Virus record (IMG/VR): IMGVR_UViG_3300029787_005452
Coordinates: 121,198 to 185,197 of that record
DNA length: 64,000 nucleotides
Direction: 5' to 3' (one strand)
From: a virus
Part shown: positions 10,284-19,356 of the stretch, in pieces
Numbering within the stretch: position 1 is the first letter of the stretch
Layout: each line of letters opens with the position of its first letter
Notes under the pieces: generated by a model
Databases searched by the model: none
The model's input: only the letters and a program-made list of their open reading frames with translations
What the model was told of the DNA's origin: nothing
Translations under genes and position numbers: made by a program

Positions 10284-12110
10284 ATGAACCCAAAAGTCGA
10301 CCACGCAAAAATATTATCCCTATTATCAGGGGTTTCAGATAAGTTAACGGATAGGGTCCTAGCTTTAGAGGATGCTGTTAGTAATACTATTGGAATGAGT
10401 ACTAATAGTATTAAAGCTCAACCTGAAAGTATAGTGGAAAAAGCTGAACCTGTTATTATAGCTGATATAGGTAAAGAAGCTAAAAAAGATTTTAGAGATG
10501 TTTTAACAACCCCGGAATCCAAAGAAGCAGCAGGAGGCGAAGGCGATGGTGGTGTAATGGCTTATGTCAAAAAACTAATAGGTCCTGCATTAATTATTCT
10601 TGGTAGTTTAGGAGCTTTAGTCGGTGGTCTATTTGCTGGAGGTGGTACTGGGATGCAAGACGCTCTCCAAGCTATAGGTAAAGGAGGATTAGCACTTGGG
10701 TTAAAATTAGCAGCAAAAACAGCAGGTACATTGTTAAAACCGGTACTAGGGAAATTACCATTAATAGGTGCATTAATTAGCTTTGGATTTGCTTATTCAG
10801 CATTTAAAAACGATGATTTTGTTGGGGGTTTATTTGACTTAGCCAGTGGTTTGGCTGGGTTACTTTACTTTGTACCAGGTGGTCAAGCATTTGCATTTCC
10901 TTTACAAATGGGTATTGACACTTTAAGTGCTATGTTAAGTCTTAGTACAACGCAAGAAGAAGGCGAAACACTGGGACAAGCTAAATTAAGGACATTAAAA
11001 GAGTTTATGGGTCCAATTTTCGGAATAATTAAAAAAGTACAACCTATGAGAATGTTTTTTGCAATAGGGGAAGGTATTCAAGAAATTTTTAAAGGTAATA
11101 TTGTTTCAGGTTTAACTAAAATAGCAACTTCAAATCCCATTTTTGATATTATAAATTTATTTAATAATGTATTTTTAGGTGGAGATGGCGGTTCAGTTGA
11201 TGATATGGCATCAGGTATGAGTGATAAAATTAGTTCTACTATCGGAGGAGCTAAAGAATTTATATCTACTTTGATCGAACCTATTAAAGATAAATACCCT
11301 ATGAAAAATTTTATAGGTATAGGTGAAGGTATAAGTAAAGTTTTTAAGGGTAATTTTAAAGAAGGTTTAATTCAAATTGGTGAAAACGGTCTGCCTGGAT
11401 TAAAAGCTATAGCTAATTTCTTTTTCGGTAGTACTGATGCTGAGACTGGAGAGAAAAAAGATGCTGGTTATAAAAAAGTTTTAGGTACTCTAGGTGGATT
11501 TTTTGGTTCTATTAAAGATAAAATGTTGATGAAACTTTTAAATTTATTTCCTGAGAAATTTGGTATTAGAAATAAAATTGCTGGTTTATTGGGTATAGAC
11601 TTAGGTCCAGTTGAAGACGAAAATATGGAAGCTGCTAAAACTGCCGAAACCGAAAGAGCTGAAAATGTGGCTGATATTGAAAGTAATTCAGAACCTGGAT
11701 CTGCAGATATAGCTGAAGATATGGCTGCAGAATCAGCAGAAATAGAAAAGAAAGTTAGAACAGGAAGAAGAGGAAGAAGAAGAGGAGGACCAGTAAGAAA
11801 AAATGAACCATATATGGTAGGAGAAGCCGGGCCTGAATTATTTGTACCTACTAATAATGGAAGTGTAGTTGATAATACTTCAACTGAAAATTTAAAAAAT
11901 ATTTTAGATAAAAATACATTTGTAGATGTAACAAATATGAATATGAAAATTAGCAATCTTCAATTTGCTGAACTAAAAAAGAATAATATGTTATTGCAAG
12001 CTATATTAGAAAAATCTAATAGTGGTAATACTGTTATTAATAATAAGAGTAGCAGTGTTGTTAATAATCAAAGTAGATCAGGTTTTAGAGATATGCAATT
12101 TGCTGTTTAA
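10284..12110 (+). CDS. Tape measure / baseplate hub protein (gp29-like)
   Basis: Gly/Ala-rich hydrophobic helices (LGKLPLIGALISFGFA) and GGPV...YMVGEAGPELFVP motif typical of tape-measure proteins; ATG 10284 lies 6 nt after TAAATA. Confidence 0.7.
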   Translation: MNPKVDHAKILSLLSGVSDKLTDRVLALEDAVSNTIGMSTNSIKAQPESIVEKAEPVIIADIGKEAKKDFRDVLTTPESKEAAGGEGDGGVMAYVKKLIGPALIILGSLGALVGGLFAGGGTGMQDALQAIGKGGLALGLKLAAKTAGTLLKPVLGKLPLIGALISFGFAYSAFKNDDFVGGLFDLASGLAGLLYFVPGGQAFAFPLQMGIDTLSAMLSLSTTQEEGETLGQAKLRTLKEFMGPIFGIIKKVQPMRMFFAIGEGIQEIFKGNIVSGLTKIATSNPIFDIINLFNNVFLGGDGGSVDDMASGMSDKISSTIGGAKEFISTLIEPIKDKYPMKNFIGIGEGISKVFKGNFKEGLIQIGENGLPGLKAIANFFFGSTDAETGEKKDAGYKKVLGTLGGFFGSIKDKMLMKLLNLFPEKFGIRNKIAGLLGIDLGPVEDENMEAAKTAETERAENVADIESNSEPGSADIAEDMAAESAEIEKKVRTGRRGRRRGGPVRKNEPYMVGEAGPELFVPTNNGSVVDNTSTENLKNILDKNTFVDVTNMNMKISNLQFAELKKNNMLLQAILEKSNSGNTVINNKSSSVVNNQSRSGFRDMQFAV

Positions 12111-12125
12111 TACTAAATATTATAA

Positions 12126-13433
12126 ATGGCTAATAATTTATGGAGTTTAAAATTTGGTAAAGACAATACTATACCAGTTCTTATAAGAGCTGGAACTAAT
12201 ACCAACTCTGCTAATTTAAATTTACAAAATAACGAAGTTTATAGTAAATTAAATGGAGGAGATACACCATATATTCCTATTGATGTAAGGGAAGATTTTC
12301 AATGGACGAAGAGTCCTAAAAGCTCTAGATTAGATGTTCCTTCATTATCTCTTAAAGAAAAACGTATTATTAAAAACAGTACAGTCACTAATCTAGCTTA
12401 TTCAGTAAATGCAACAGCGGATTTAGCTAAAACTTTGTCAGATAAGATTTCTCAAGGGGATTTTATATTTTTTAATGAAGATGCTATTAAAGAAGGTTCA
12501 ATATTAGAAAGTACAACAAATTTAGTGAAGGGGGGCGCATCTACTATTTCAGATACTTTAGAAGCTACCCAGTCTTTAATTAACGAAAAATTATTAGGCA
12601 CGCAAACATTTAAGAGTAGTGTTTTACAACCGTATAATGGGTTATATAGTATCGAAAGTACAGGTTTTCAATATATTCTACCATTTTTAAACAGTGAATA
12701 TAGGAGTATGACTACTGCTATGGGAGAAGATCAAGAAAATATAATTAGTAATATAGCAGGAGCTGCTGCTGACGCAGCTTCACAAGTTGCTGGTACCGTA
12801 TTTGCCCTAAGACCTGGTGTTTATATAGAAGAATCAAGACAATTTCAAATGTCTCAAGATGGTAGATCAGTAAATATAGTTTTACCCTTATTAAATACAG
12901 GTAGTTATGAGGATATATTGCAAAACTGGCAGCTAATATTTGGATTAACTTACCAGAACAGACCTGGTAGGATAACTAAAAATTTAGTTGATATACCTGT
13001 TATATATGAAGCTATAGTAGAAGATATACTTTTTATGCCTTATGCTTATATTTCAGAGTTATCAGTTAATTTTTTAGGTAATAGACGTACAATGGAAATA
13101 ACAGTACCAGTAGAAGGTAGCGATAGTTCAAATAATTTAACATTAAATGCAACTATACCCGATGCTTATGAATTGAATTTAACGTTAAAAGGTTTAAATG
13201 AAGAAACGAGAAACTTTATATATGAAAGTATAAACCCGGGTGTAGTAAGAGCATCAGAAACTGGTGGAGACGTAACTCCTAGCGAAGCACCTATACCAGA
13301 TGATAGTAATACAAAAGCAGGTCCTACTAATTTTAGTTCTAGAAGTAACCCTGGAAGAAGATCAGTTAGAAATAAACCAACAGATCCTACTCCTAGACCG
13401 AAACCTAAAAAAATTAAAAGGAGGAATAACTAA
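12126..13433 (+). CDS. Baseplate tail-tube cap (gp48-like)
   Basis: Position between tape measure and gp53; tube-fold signature PVIYEAIV...YAYISELSVNF. Confidence 0.5.
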   Translation: MANNLWSLKFGKDNTIPVLIRAGTNTNSANLNLQNNEVYSKLNGGDTPYIPIDVREDFQWTKSPKSSRLDVPSLSLKEKRIIKNSTVTNLAYSVNATADLAKTLSDKISQGDFIFFNEDAIKEGSILESTTNLVKGGASTISDTLEATQSLINEKLLGTQTFKSSVLQPYNGLYSIESTGFQYILPFLNSEYRSMTTAMGEDQENIISNIAGAAADAASQVAGTVFALRPGVYIEESRQFQMSQDGRSVNIVLPLLNTGSYEDILQNWQLIFGLTYQNRPGRITKNLVDIPVIYEAIVEDILFMPYAYISELSVNFLGNRRTMEITVPVEGSDSSNNLTLNATIPDAYELNLTLKGLNEETRNFIYESINPGVVRASETGGDVTPSEAPIPDDSNTKAGPTNFSSRSNPGRRSVRNKPTDPTPRPKPKKIKRRNN

Positions 13434-13816
13434 TGGAAGGAAAATTTCAAAATAACATTAATGAGTTACCAGAACTAGAAACGTATAGGTATGAAAATAT
13501 ATTTAAAGTTTACGAGACTAAAGATTTAGGCATATCAGGCAATGAAAACTTTTTTATGTATAATATAGTTAAAAAAATACATATACCTGATAATCTTGAT
13601 AATTCATTTTTTGATTTTTTTACTTTAAATAAAAATCTACCTTTAACTACAATATCATACCAGATTTATAGTACGACTTATCTTTGGTGGCTTATTATGT
13701 TGGTAAACAAGATATTAAACCCGTATAAAAACTTACCAGTGGGTCAAAAAATTAGATATATAAAGCCTGAGTATGTAAAAATAGTTATAGATGCAATCAC
13801 TAAACAGCTACAATGA
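13433..13816 (+). CDS. gp53: Baseplate wedge protein, LysM-like
   Basis: LTTISYQIYSTTYLWWLIMLVNKILNP...GQKIRY; TAATG coupling with an AGGAGG upstream. Confidence 0.8.
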   Translation: MEGKFQNNINELPELETYRYENIFKVYETKDLGISGNENFFMYNIVKKIHIPDNLDNSFFDFFTLNKNLPLTTISYQIYSTTYLWWLIMLVNKILNPYKNLPVGQKIRYIKPEYVKIVIDAITKQLQ

Positions 13817-15381
13817 GATACAAATTTTTAGAGGGATTTATATATGATGATAAGAAAAAGTTTTTATATGTAGTAGATCAACAAAACTATATTTTTAAAA
13901 CTTTATTATTTAACCCCGATAGCAATGTATCGGTTCTAGCAAAGTCGTCTATTAGAAATATCACTATCACAGATAACATAATGAACCCCTTTACAAAGGG
14001 GTCGTTAACCATTTTAAATAATGGTGAATCGTTAGAAAGGTTAGCTACCCCTAAAAACGTTAAAGAGTTTGATGCTAATTCCGACCTACTAAAAGGATAT
14101 ACATATAGAGGAGATGGACGAGATTTATTTTATTTGGAAATTGTACCGGTAGAAAATGTTGATGAAAGTTTTGGTAAACTAGGCAATAAATTTAACGACA
14201 CTTTTTCCTTAAAAAATGTCTTTGCATTAGTTAATGATGAGCAATTATTTGATGGTACTGATGAATTGAAAAGATTTGATTTCATAGATTTTGATGAAAA
14301 ATTATTAAAAGAAAAAAATATATTTTTCTCTACAACAAAATTACTAAAAACTGATACCCCTATAGAATTATTATCTAATACAGGTAGGGAGGTACCTACT
14401 GGCGAGTGTTTAAAATTAATTTTAAAAGATGGGTTGTTTCAAAATGATATAAATGAAATAATAAAAACTGAAAACGGAGAAACCCCTGATTTTGACTCCG
14501 GAGCTAGTAAAATATTCTATACTTCACCTTCTAGTAATACTGCTTATGAAGATTTAATGTATATTTACGATAAACATACTACCGATAAAACTGGTCAAGA
14601 TTTTTCATTTCTAAAAAAGAGGTACTATGATGGGCAGTATGAACTAAAAAGTGTAAAAGAAAAATTTGATGAAGCTTTTAATAAAAGCGACGATACTGCT
14701 GGTAAATTAAATATGGAAAAACTTGTTATAACAGGTGGCGCTGGTACCGGTGAAAATGTAGTTCAAAGTAGTAAAAAATCTCCATCTACTATTGCATATT
14801 TCGGAGAAAAGGGAAATGTTATTGATTATAAATTTTTTAATGTTAATGCAAATATTAGCAGCAAAAAAAATAATACTAAAATTGTACATTCATATAGCCC
14901 CGGCGATAAGGCATTTAATTTAGAGCAAAAAGATAGTAATATAATTTCAGCTAAAAATACTTTTGATGAAAATTATGTAAGTAACATGAAAGGTTATAAT
15001 AATTCCCCTTCACCAAGTGTAGTATTAAATTCATCTAAAACTACTAATTTATCTTACGAAAATGTCTTTTCTTTATATAGTGGGGATGAATTTATTAGAA
15101 AATCCAGCGGAATTAATAAACTATTGAAAAACTTATTATTAACTAATATTGGTGTAGAGCTTACATTGAAAGGTCAAATGTTTAGAAAAGCTGGTAATTT
15201 TTTTACTTTAGATAGAAGTGAAAATTATGTTGAAAATAATTTTGATGATAAACTATTAGGTATATATTTTATAGTAGAAGTTACTCACACTTTTAACAGT
15301 GATAACACATACAATAATAAAATATTTGCAGTAAAAACATATAACTTTAAAGATTTAAAATATAAGGAAAATATACTATGA
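13813..15381 (+). CDS. Baseplate hub protein (gp27-like)
   Basis: ITITDNIMNPFTKGSLTI at the N-terminus and LTLKGQMFRKAG...LLGIYFIVEVTHTF at the C-terminus. Confidence 0.65.
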   Translation: MRYKFLEGFIYDDKKKFLYVVDQQNYIFKTLLFNPDSNVSVLAKSSIRNITITDNIMNPFTKGSLTILNNGESLERLATPKNVKEFDANSDLLKGYTYRGDGRDLFYLEIVPVENVDESFGKLGNKFNDTFSLKNVFALVNDEQLFDGTDELKRFDFIDFDEKLLKEKNIFFSTTKLLKTDTPIELLSNTGREVPTGECLKLILKDGLFQNDINEIIKTENGETPDFDSGASKIFYTSPSSNTAYEDLMYIYDKHTTDKTGQDFSFLKKRYYDGQYELKSVKEKFDEAFNKSDDTAGKLNMEKLVITGGAGTGENVVQSSKKSPSTIAYFGEKGNVIDYKFFNVNANISSKKNNTKIVHSYSPGDKAFNLEQKDSNIISAKNTFDENYVSNMKGYNNSPSPSVVLNSSKTTNLSYENVFSLYSGDEFIRKSSGINKLLKNLLLTNIGVELTLKGQMFRKAGNFFTLDRSENYVENNFDDKLLGIYFIVEVTHTFNSDNTYNNKIFAVKTYNFKDLKYKENIL

Positions 15382-16238
15382 GTTACGAATTATCATTATT
15401 ACCAAGTTACCTTGATACAGTTATTTTACAGAAAACTGATTATTATAAAAATAATACTAATTTATTAGAATTATTTGATGATTTTATTGATATGTTGAAA
15501 CTTAATATAGATTATGAAAAAGGTAAATCTTCGGGTGATTTTATTAAAGATATATCTGGTATATATGAAAAATTAAACAATAATAAATTTATTATAGATG
15601 GTTATGAAATAGATATTCAAAATAAAAATTATTATATCGAAAAATATCAATCATTAGCATCTAATTTTAAAAATGTAATAGAAAAAATATTAGGTAATAA
15701 AAATATTTACTTTAAAAAATTATCTGATGATGTTGGGACTTTATTAGATACAAATACAATATTTGATGATTCTATATGCCCATTTTTCGATATATTTTAT
15801 AATGAATCTAAAAATATTCCCACAAATATACCCAATACCGTTTTTAATAAGGTATCATTGCAGAATAAAAAACTTCAAAAAAACTTTTCATTATTAAATG
15901 ATGCAGTATTAAAAAATAATTTAAAAGATATAGCAAATTATACAGAAACCACAATTACTAAAACTTCACACGGAAGCAATTTAGTAACAGATTATGACTA
16001 TTATGAAAGATTATTATCATTTTCAGAAGAAATAAGACAATCAATTTTTATTGATTTAACTGCAGATTTAGGTGAATACATATACTTTTTAAAAAATTTA
16101 AATATTAGAAATCAAAGTAATAATGAAGCAATATTATTGCAATTTAAAAGTACTTTAGAGGGTGTAGAAGAAAATTTGGATATATTAAAAAATCAAATAG
16201 TAAGTAAAGCCTATAAAGATAATACTATTTTAAATTAA
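15378..16238 (+). CDS. Hypothetical protein, coupled to the hub gene
   Basis: ATGA overlap; 286 aa; no recognised motif. Confidence 0.55.
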   Translation: MSYELSLLPSYLDTVILQKTDYYKNNTNLLELFDDFIDMLKLNIDYEKGKSSGDFIKDISGIYEKLNNNKFIIDGYEIDIQNKNYYIEKYQSLASNFKNVIEKILGNKNIYFKKLSDDVGTLLDTNTIFDDSICPFFDIFYNESKNIPTNIPNTVFNKVSLQNKKLQKNFSLLNDAVLKNNLKDIANYTETTITKTSHGSNLVTDYDYYERLLSFSEEIRQSIFIDLTADLGEYIYFLKNLNIRNQSNNEAILLQFKSTLEGVEENLDILKNQIVSKAYKDNTILN

Positions 16239-16684
16239 TTATCTATTTCTATTACCTTAGCATCATCTATAAGTTGCTTTAGTAATTCTTCTCTATTAAT
16301 AGTTAACCCTAAACGTTTTTCATTTTCTTGAGCTAGCTCTTTTTTACTATCAATATCCATTTGTTTTATTTCTTTTCTGCTATCATTTTGTTTATTGGAT
16401 ATTAATATTTTATTTAAGCTTTCAATAGCTGATGCTGATGCACCTACCAATTTACTTAAAGCTTCGACATCTCTAGCATCAGGAGCCGATGTAATAAATT
16501 GCTTTACATCTTCTACATAATCTACACTATCTTTAATTAGCTTACCTGAGTATTTTAATAAAAAATCTTCTAACTTATCTTTATCTAAGTTAAATTCATT
16601 TTTTTCCACTTCTTTGGCAGCTAAATTAGTCCCTTTTAATTGAGAAAGTAAATCATCTACAACTATATCAACATCATCATCCAT
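16235..16684 (-). CDS. Terminase small subunit (gp16-like)
   Basis: SAPDARDVEALSKLVGASASAIESLNKI and INREELLKQL parallel the gp16 helical motifs; late promoter upstream. Confidence 0.55.
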   Translation of the reverse strand: MDDDVDIVVDDLLSQLKGTNLAAKEVEKNEFNLDKDKLEDFLLKYSGKLIKDSVDYVEDVKQFITSAPDARDVEALSKLVGASASAIESLNKILISNKQNDSRKEIKQMDIDSKKELAQENEKRLGLTINREELLKQLIDDAKVIEIDN

Positions 16685-16706
16685 ATAAAAATATTTATTA
16701 ATAAAG

Positions 16707-16734
16707 TTGAATAACTAAACTAATACAGTATAAT
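16707..16734 (+). promoter_or_regulatory. Sigma70-type promoter
   Basis: TTGAAT-N16-TATAAT-N6-ATG of dUTPase. Confidence 0.7.
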
Positions 16735-16740
16735 AGTTAT

Positions 16741-17202
16741 ATGGATAATGTTAAAATTAAATTTATAAAGACGCATGAAGATGCTATTTTACCTACCAAA
16801 GCACACGATGGTGATAATTGTTTTGACTTATATGCGGTAGAAGATACTGAAGTACCAGGAAGTAGTTCATGGATAGGAGATGTAAAAATTGGTAATGCAA
16901 TAGTGCCTGTTGGTATTACAGTAGCAGATATTACAACAGGGTTCGGCTTTGTATTAAGACCTAAATCAGGGTTAGGTTTTAAAGCAGGTTTACAACCTCA
17001 TTTAGGTGAAATAGATAATGGATATCGTGGAGACTGTGCGGTAAAAATGTATAATTTTTCTAGTAAAGACTATACTTTTAAGAAAGGTGATAAAGTAGCT
17101 CAAATTAAGATAGAAAAAATTTATGATACATCTGTTGAATGGACCGGTAAGTTAACAAAAGCTGAACGAGGGGATGCAGGTTTCGGTTCATCTGGTAAAT
17201 AG
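16741..17202 (+). CDS. dut: dUTPase (trimeric type)
   Basis: Motifs FDLYA, RPKSGLG, GEIDNGYRG, KVAQ, RGDAGFGSSG. Confidence 0.95.
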   Translation: MDNVKIKFIKTHEDAILPTKAHDGDNCFDLYAVEDTEVPGSSSWIGDVKIGNAIVPVGITVADITTGFGFVLRPKSGLGFKAGLQPHLGEIDNGYRGDCAVKMYNFSSKDYTFKKGDKVAQIKIEKIYDTSVEWTGKLTKAERGDAGFGSSGK

Positions 17203-17217
17203 GAACTTTGATATAAT
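17202..17217 (+). promoter_or_regulatory. GGAAC-class promoter
   Basis: GGAACT-ttga-TATAAT-N5-ATG(17223). Confidence 0.65.
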
Positions 17218-17222
17218 AGATT

Positions 17223-17330
17223 ATGGGGAAAGTAACAAGACAAAAGATAACCGAAAGAAAAGTAGGTAATGCGAAGGTGAGAAAGACGGTAACTGTAACA
17301 GTTACAAAGCCATCAAAAAGAAAAAAATAA
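17223..17330 (+). CDS. 35-aa very basic peptide
   Basis: Below the ORF-track cutoff: MGKVTRQKITERKVGNAKVRKTVTVTVTKPSKRKK; has a promoter and a TAATG coupling to the clamp loader. Confidence 0.65.
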   Translation: MGKVTRQKITERKVGNAKVRKTVTVTVTKPSKRKK

Positions 17331-18244
17331 TGTTTAATAACTTATACGTAGAAAAGTATAGACCTAAAACGTTATCAGATTTGGTATTATCTGACAGTAA
17401 TAGAAAGTATTTTGAATCTATTACTGAAGAAATACCAAATCTGCTTTTTGTTGGTACCCCAGGGTTAGGTAAAACTACATTAGCTAGAATATTAGTAAAT
17501 GATATATTAGAGTGTCAATATCTGTATATCAATGCTTCAGATGAAAATGGTATAGATACCATACGCTCCAAGGTAGTTGGCTTTAGTCAGACTAAGTCTC
17601 TCGATGGGAAACATAAAGTAGTCATATTAGATGAGGCTGATGGTATCACCATTGACGGGCAGCGCGCACTACGTAATACGATGGAGGAATATAGTAGTAT
17701 GACTCGGTTTATTTTAACTGCTAATTATAAGCATAAAATTATACCTGCTGTTCAAAGTAGAACTCAATTCTTTGATTTGACACCCCCGTTTGACGATGTA
17801 GTTAAGCGTGTTATTGATATTGTAAAGCAGGAAGGTATTAAGATTGAAACTGATCAAAAACCTAATTTTGTAAATGTTATTAAGCAAAGTTATCCTGATA
17901 TTCGTAAGGTACTAAATAGTATTCAAAAAGCTACTATAGGTAATATCTTTACGGTAGATCATAGCGTTGATAGTAAAGAGATAGTTAACGTTATACACAA
18001 GCATATTGTATCTAAAGATTCTTTAAAGCTAAGAAAGTATCTAATTGAAAACGAAAACGAGTTTCAAGGTGATTACCATAACTTAATGAAGCAATATTTA
18101 AATTATGTTTATACTTCTAGTTTAGATGACAATAAAAAACGTCAATATATAGTGACTATTTCAGATCACATGTATAAAGACGTATTTGTATTAGATAAAG
18201 AAATTAATGCTTTTGCATGCTGGGTTAATCTTGAGAAGATTTAA
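17330..18244 (+). CDS. gp44: Sliding-clamp loader large subunit (RFC-like)
   Basis: YVEKYRPKTL, GTPGLGKTT, INASDENG, VILDEADG, QSR sensor motif. Confidence 0.95.
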   Translation: MFNNLYVEKYRPKTLSDLVLSDSNRKYFESITEEIPNLLFVGTPGLGKTTLARILVNDILECQYLYINASDENGIDTIRSKVVGFSQTKSLDGKHKVVILDEADGITIDGQRALRNTMEEYSSMTRFILTANYKHKIIPAVQSRTQFFDLTPPFDDVVKRVIDIVKQEGIKIETDQKPNFVNVIKQSYPDIRKVLNSIQKATIGNIFTVDHSVDSKEIVNVIHKHIVSKDSLKLRKYLIENENEFQGDYHNLMKQYLNYVYTSSLDDNKKRQYIVTISDHMYKDVFVLDKEINAFACWVNLEKI

Positions 18245-18822
18245 CCATTAATTGGCATATACTGAGAAGTATAATTTTCATTAACTGCAGGTGATTTAGT
18301 CGCTGGGGATGAAGGGATCTTAGTATTCTGGGTTGGGTTAGACATTTCAGTCTTTTTTAAACTATCACCTTGCTGGGTCATTGTTTGCTGTTGTTCTTCA
18401 TTTTCTTCAGCTTCAACTGGATCAATTTGAACTTTATTATCATATTTTTGCGAACCCGGTACAGGGTGTCTATTAATACCTAAATCAATAGGCTCTAACA
18501 TGTCACTTGTAACTGTAACTTGACCTTGAGTATCTGATAACCCGTTAGCTAATTCCCTAGCAACTGTGATATAGAAAAAATTTCCTCTATTATCACTATT
18601 ATTAGGGGCATCCGTAGGGTATTCAGTAGATACATTTTTTATAAGATAATTACTGTCTGAATCAAAATAATCGTCGATATATTTTTGCTGTTCTTTATTT
18701 TGATTTTTGTAACCTTCTTTGGATTTATAATTACTAGCTAATTTTACCAATCCCCCAGTTTGAAATCCACTATTCATCTTAGCAGATATCTGCTCTATTA
18801 AATTTAAGAATTTTTTTGCCAT
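18241..18822 (-). CDS. Hypothetical late protein
   Basis: TATAAATA (18828-18835) lies 5 nt before the ATG. Confidence 0.6.
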   Translation of the reverse strand: MAKKFLNLIEQISAKMNSGFQTGGLVKLASNYKSKEGYKNQNKEQQKYIDDYFDSDSNYLIKNVSTEYPTDAPNNSDNRGNFFYITVARELANGLSDTQGQVTVTSDMLEPIDLGINRHPVPGSQKYDNKVQIDPVEAEENEEQQQTMTQQGDSLKKTEMSNPTQNTKIPSSPATKSPAVNENYTSQYMPING

Positions 18823-18871
18823 AATAATATTTATATTTAATCAACTAACTATCTATAATTAAATATTTAAA

Positions 18872-19348
18872 ATGGCTAAATTAAATTTAGATATATTAAA
18901 AGGTTCAAATAAACCAGATGAAAAAATCTTTAGTGATTTAAGATTAGATCTTGTTATAGGTGAATTGAAAAGGAATGAAGCTTTACCCAATAAACAAAAT
19001 GTTGATATAGAATCGTCAGATAATTTAGCTGCAATAAGAAACTCTATTATAAGTATAATTACTACATCTCCAGGGGAAAAAATTCTAAACCCGACATTTG
19101 GTCTTAATTTTGGAGATTTATTATTTCTACCTGTTTCTAAAGTACGTGCGCAAAATATAGGTGAAATAATAGTTAATGGTGTAGAAAAATTTGAACCACG
19201 TATAACTATTACGAGCCTAAATGTTACAGCTAATATATCTGAACAAGAATATAATATTGATATAGTATATATTGTACCAAGATTCCCGAACCAAAGTCTT
19301 AATTTAACTGGTTCAATTAACAAATCAGATTTTACATTTTTTAATTAA
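18872..19348 (+). CDS. gp25: Baseplate wedge protein
   Basis: AIRNSIISIITTSPGEKILNPTFG...EKFEPRI. Confidence 0.9.
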   Translation: MAKLNLDILKGSNKPDEKIFSDLRLDLVIGELKRNEALPNKQNVDIESSDNLAAIRNSIISIITTSPGEKILNPTFGLNFGDLLFLPVSKVRAQNIGEIIVNGVEKFEPRITITSLNVTANISEQEYNIDIVYIVPRFPNQSLNLTGSINKSDFTFFN

Positions 19349-19356
19349 ATATTTTT

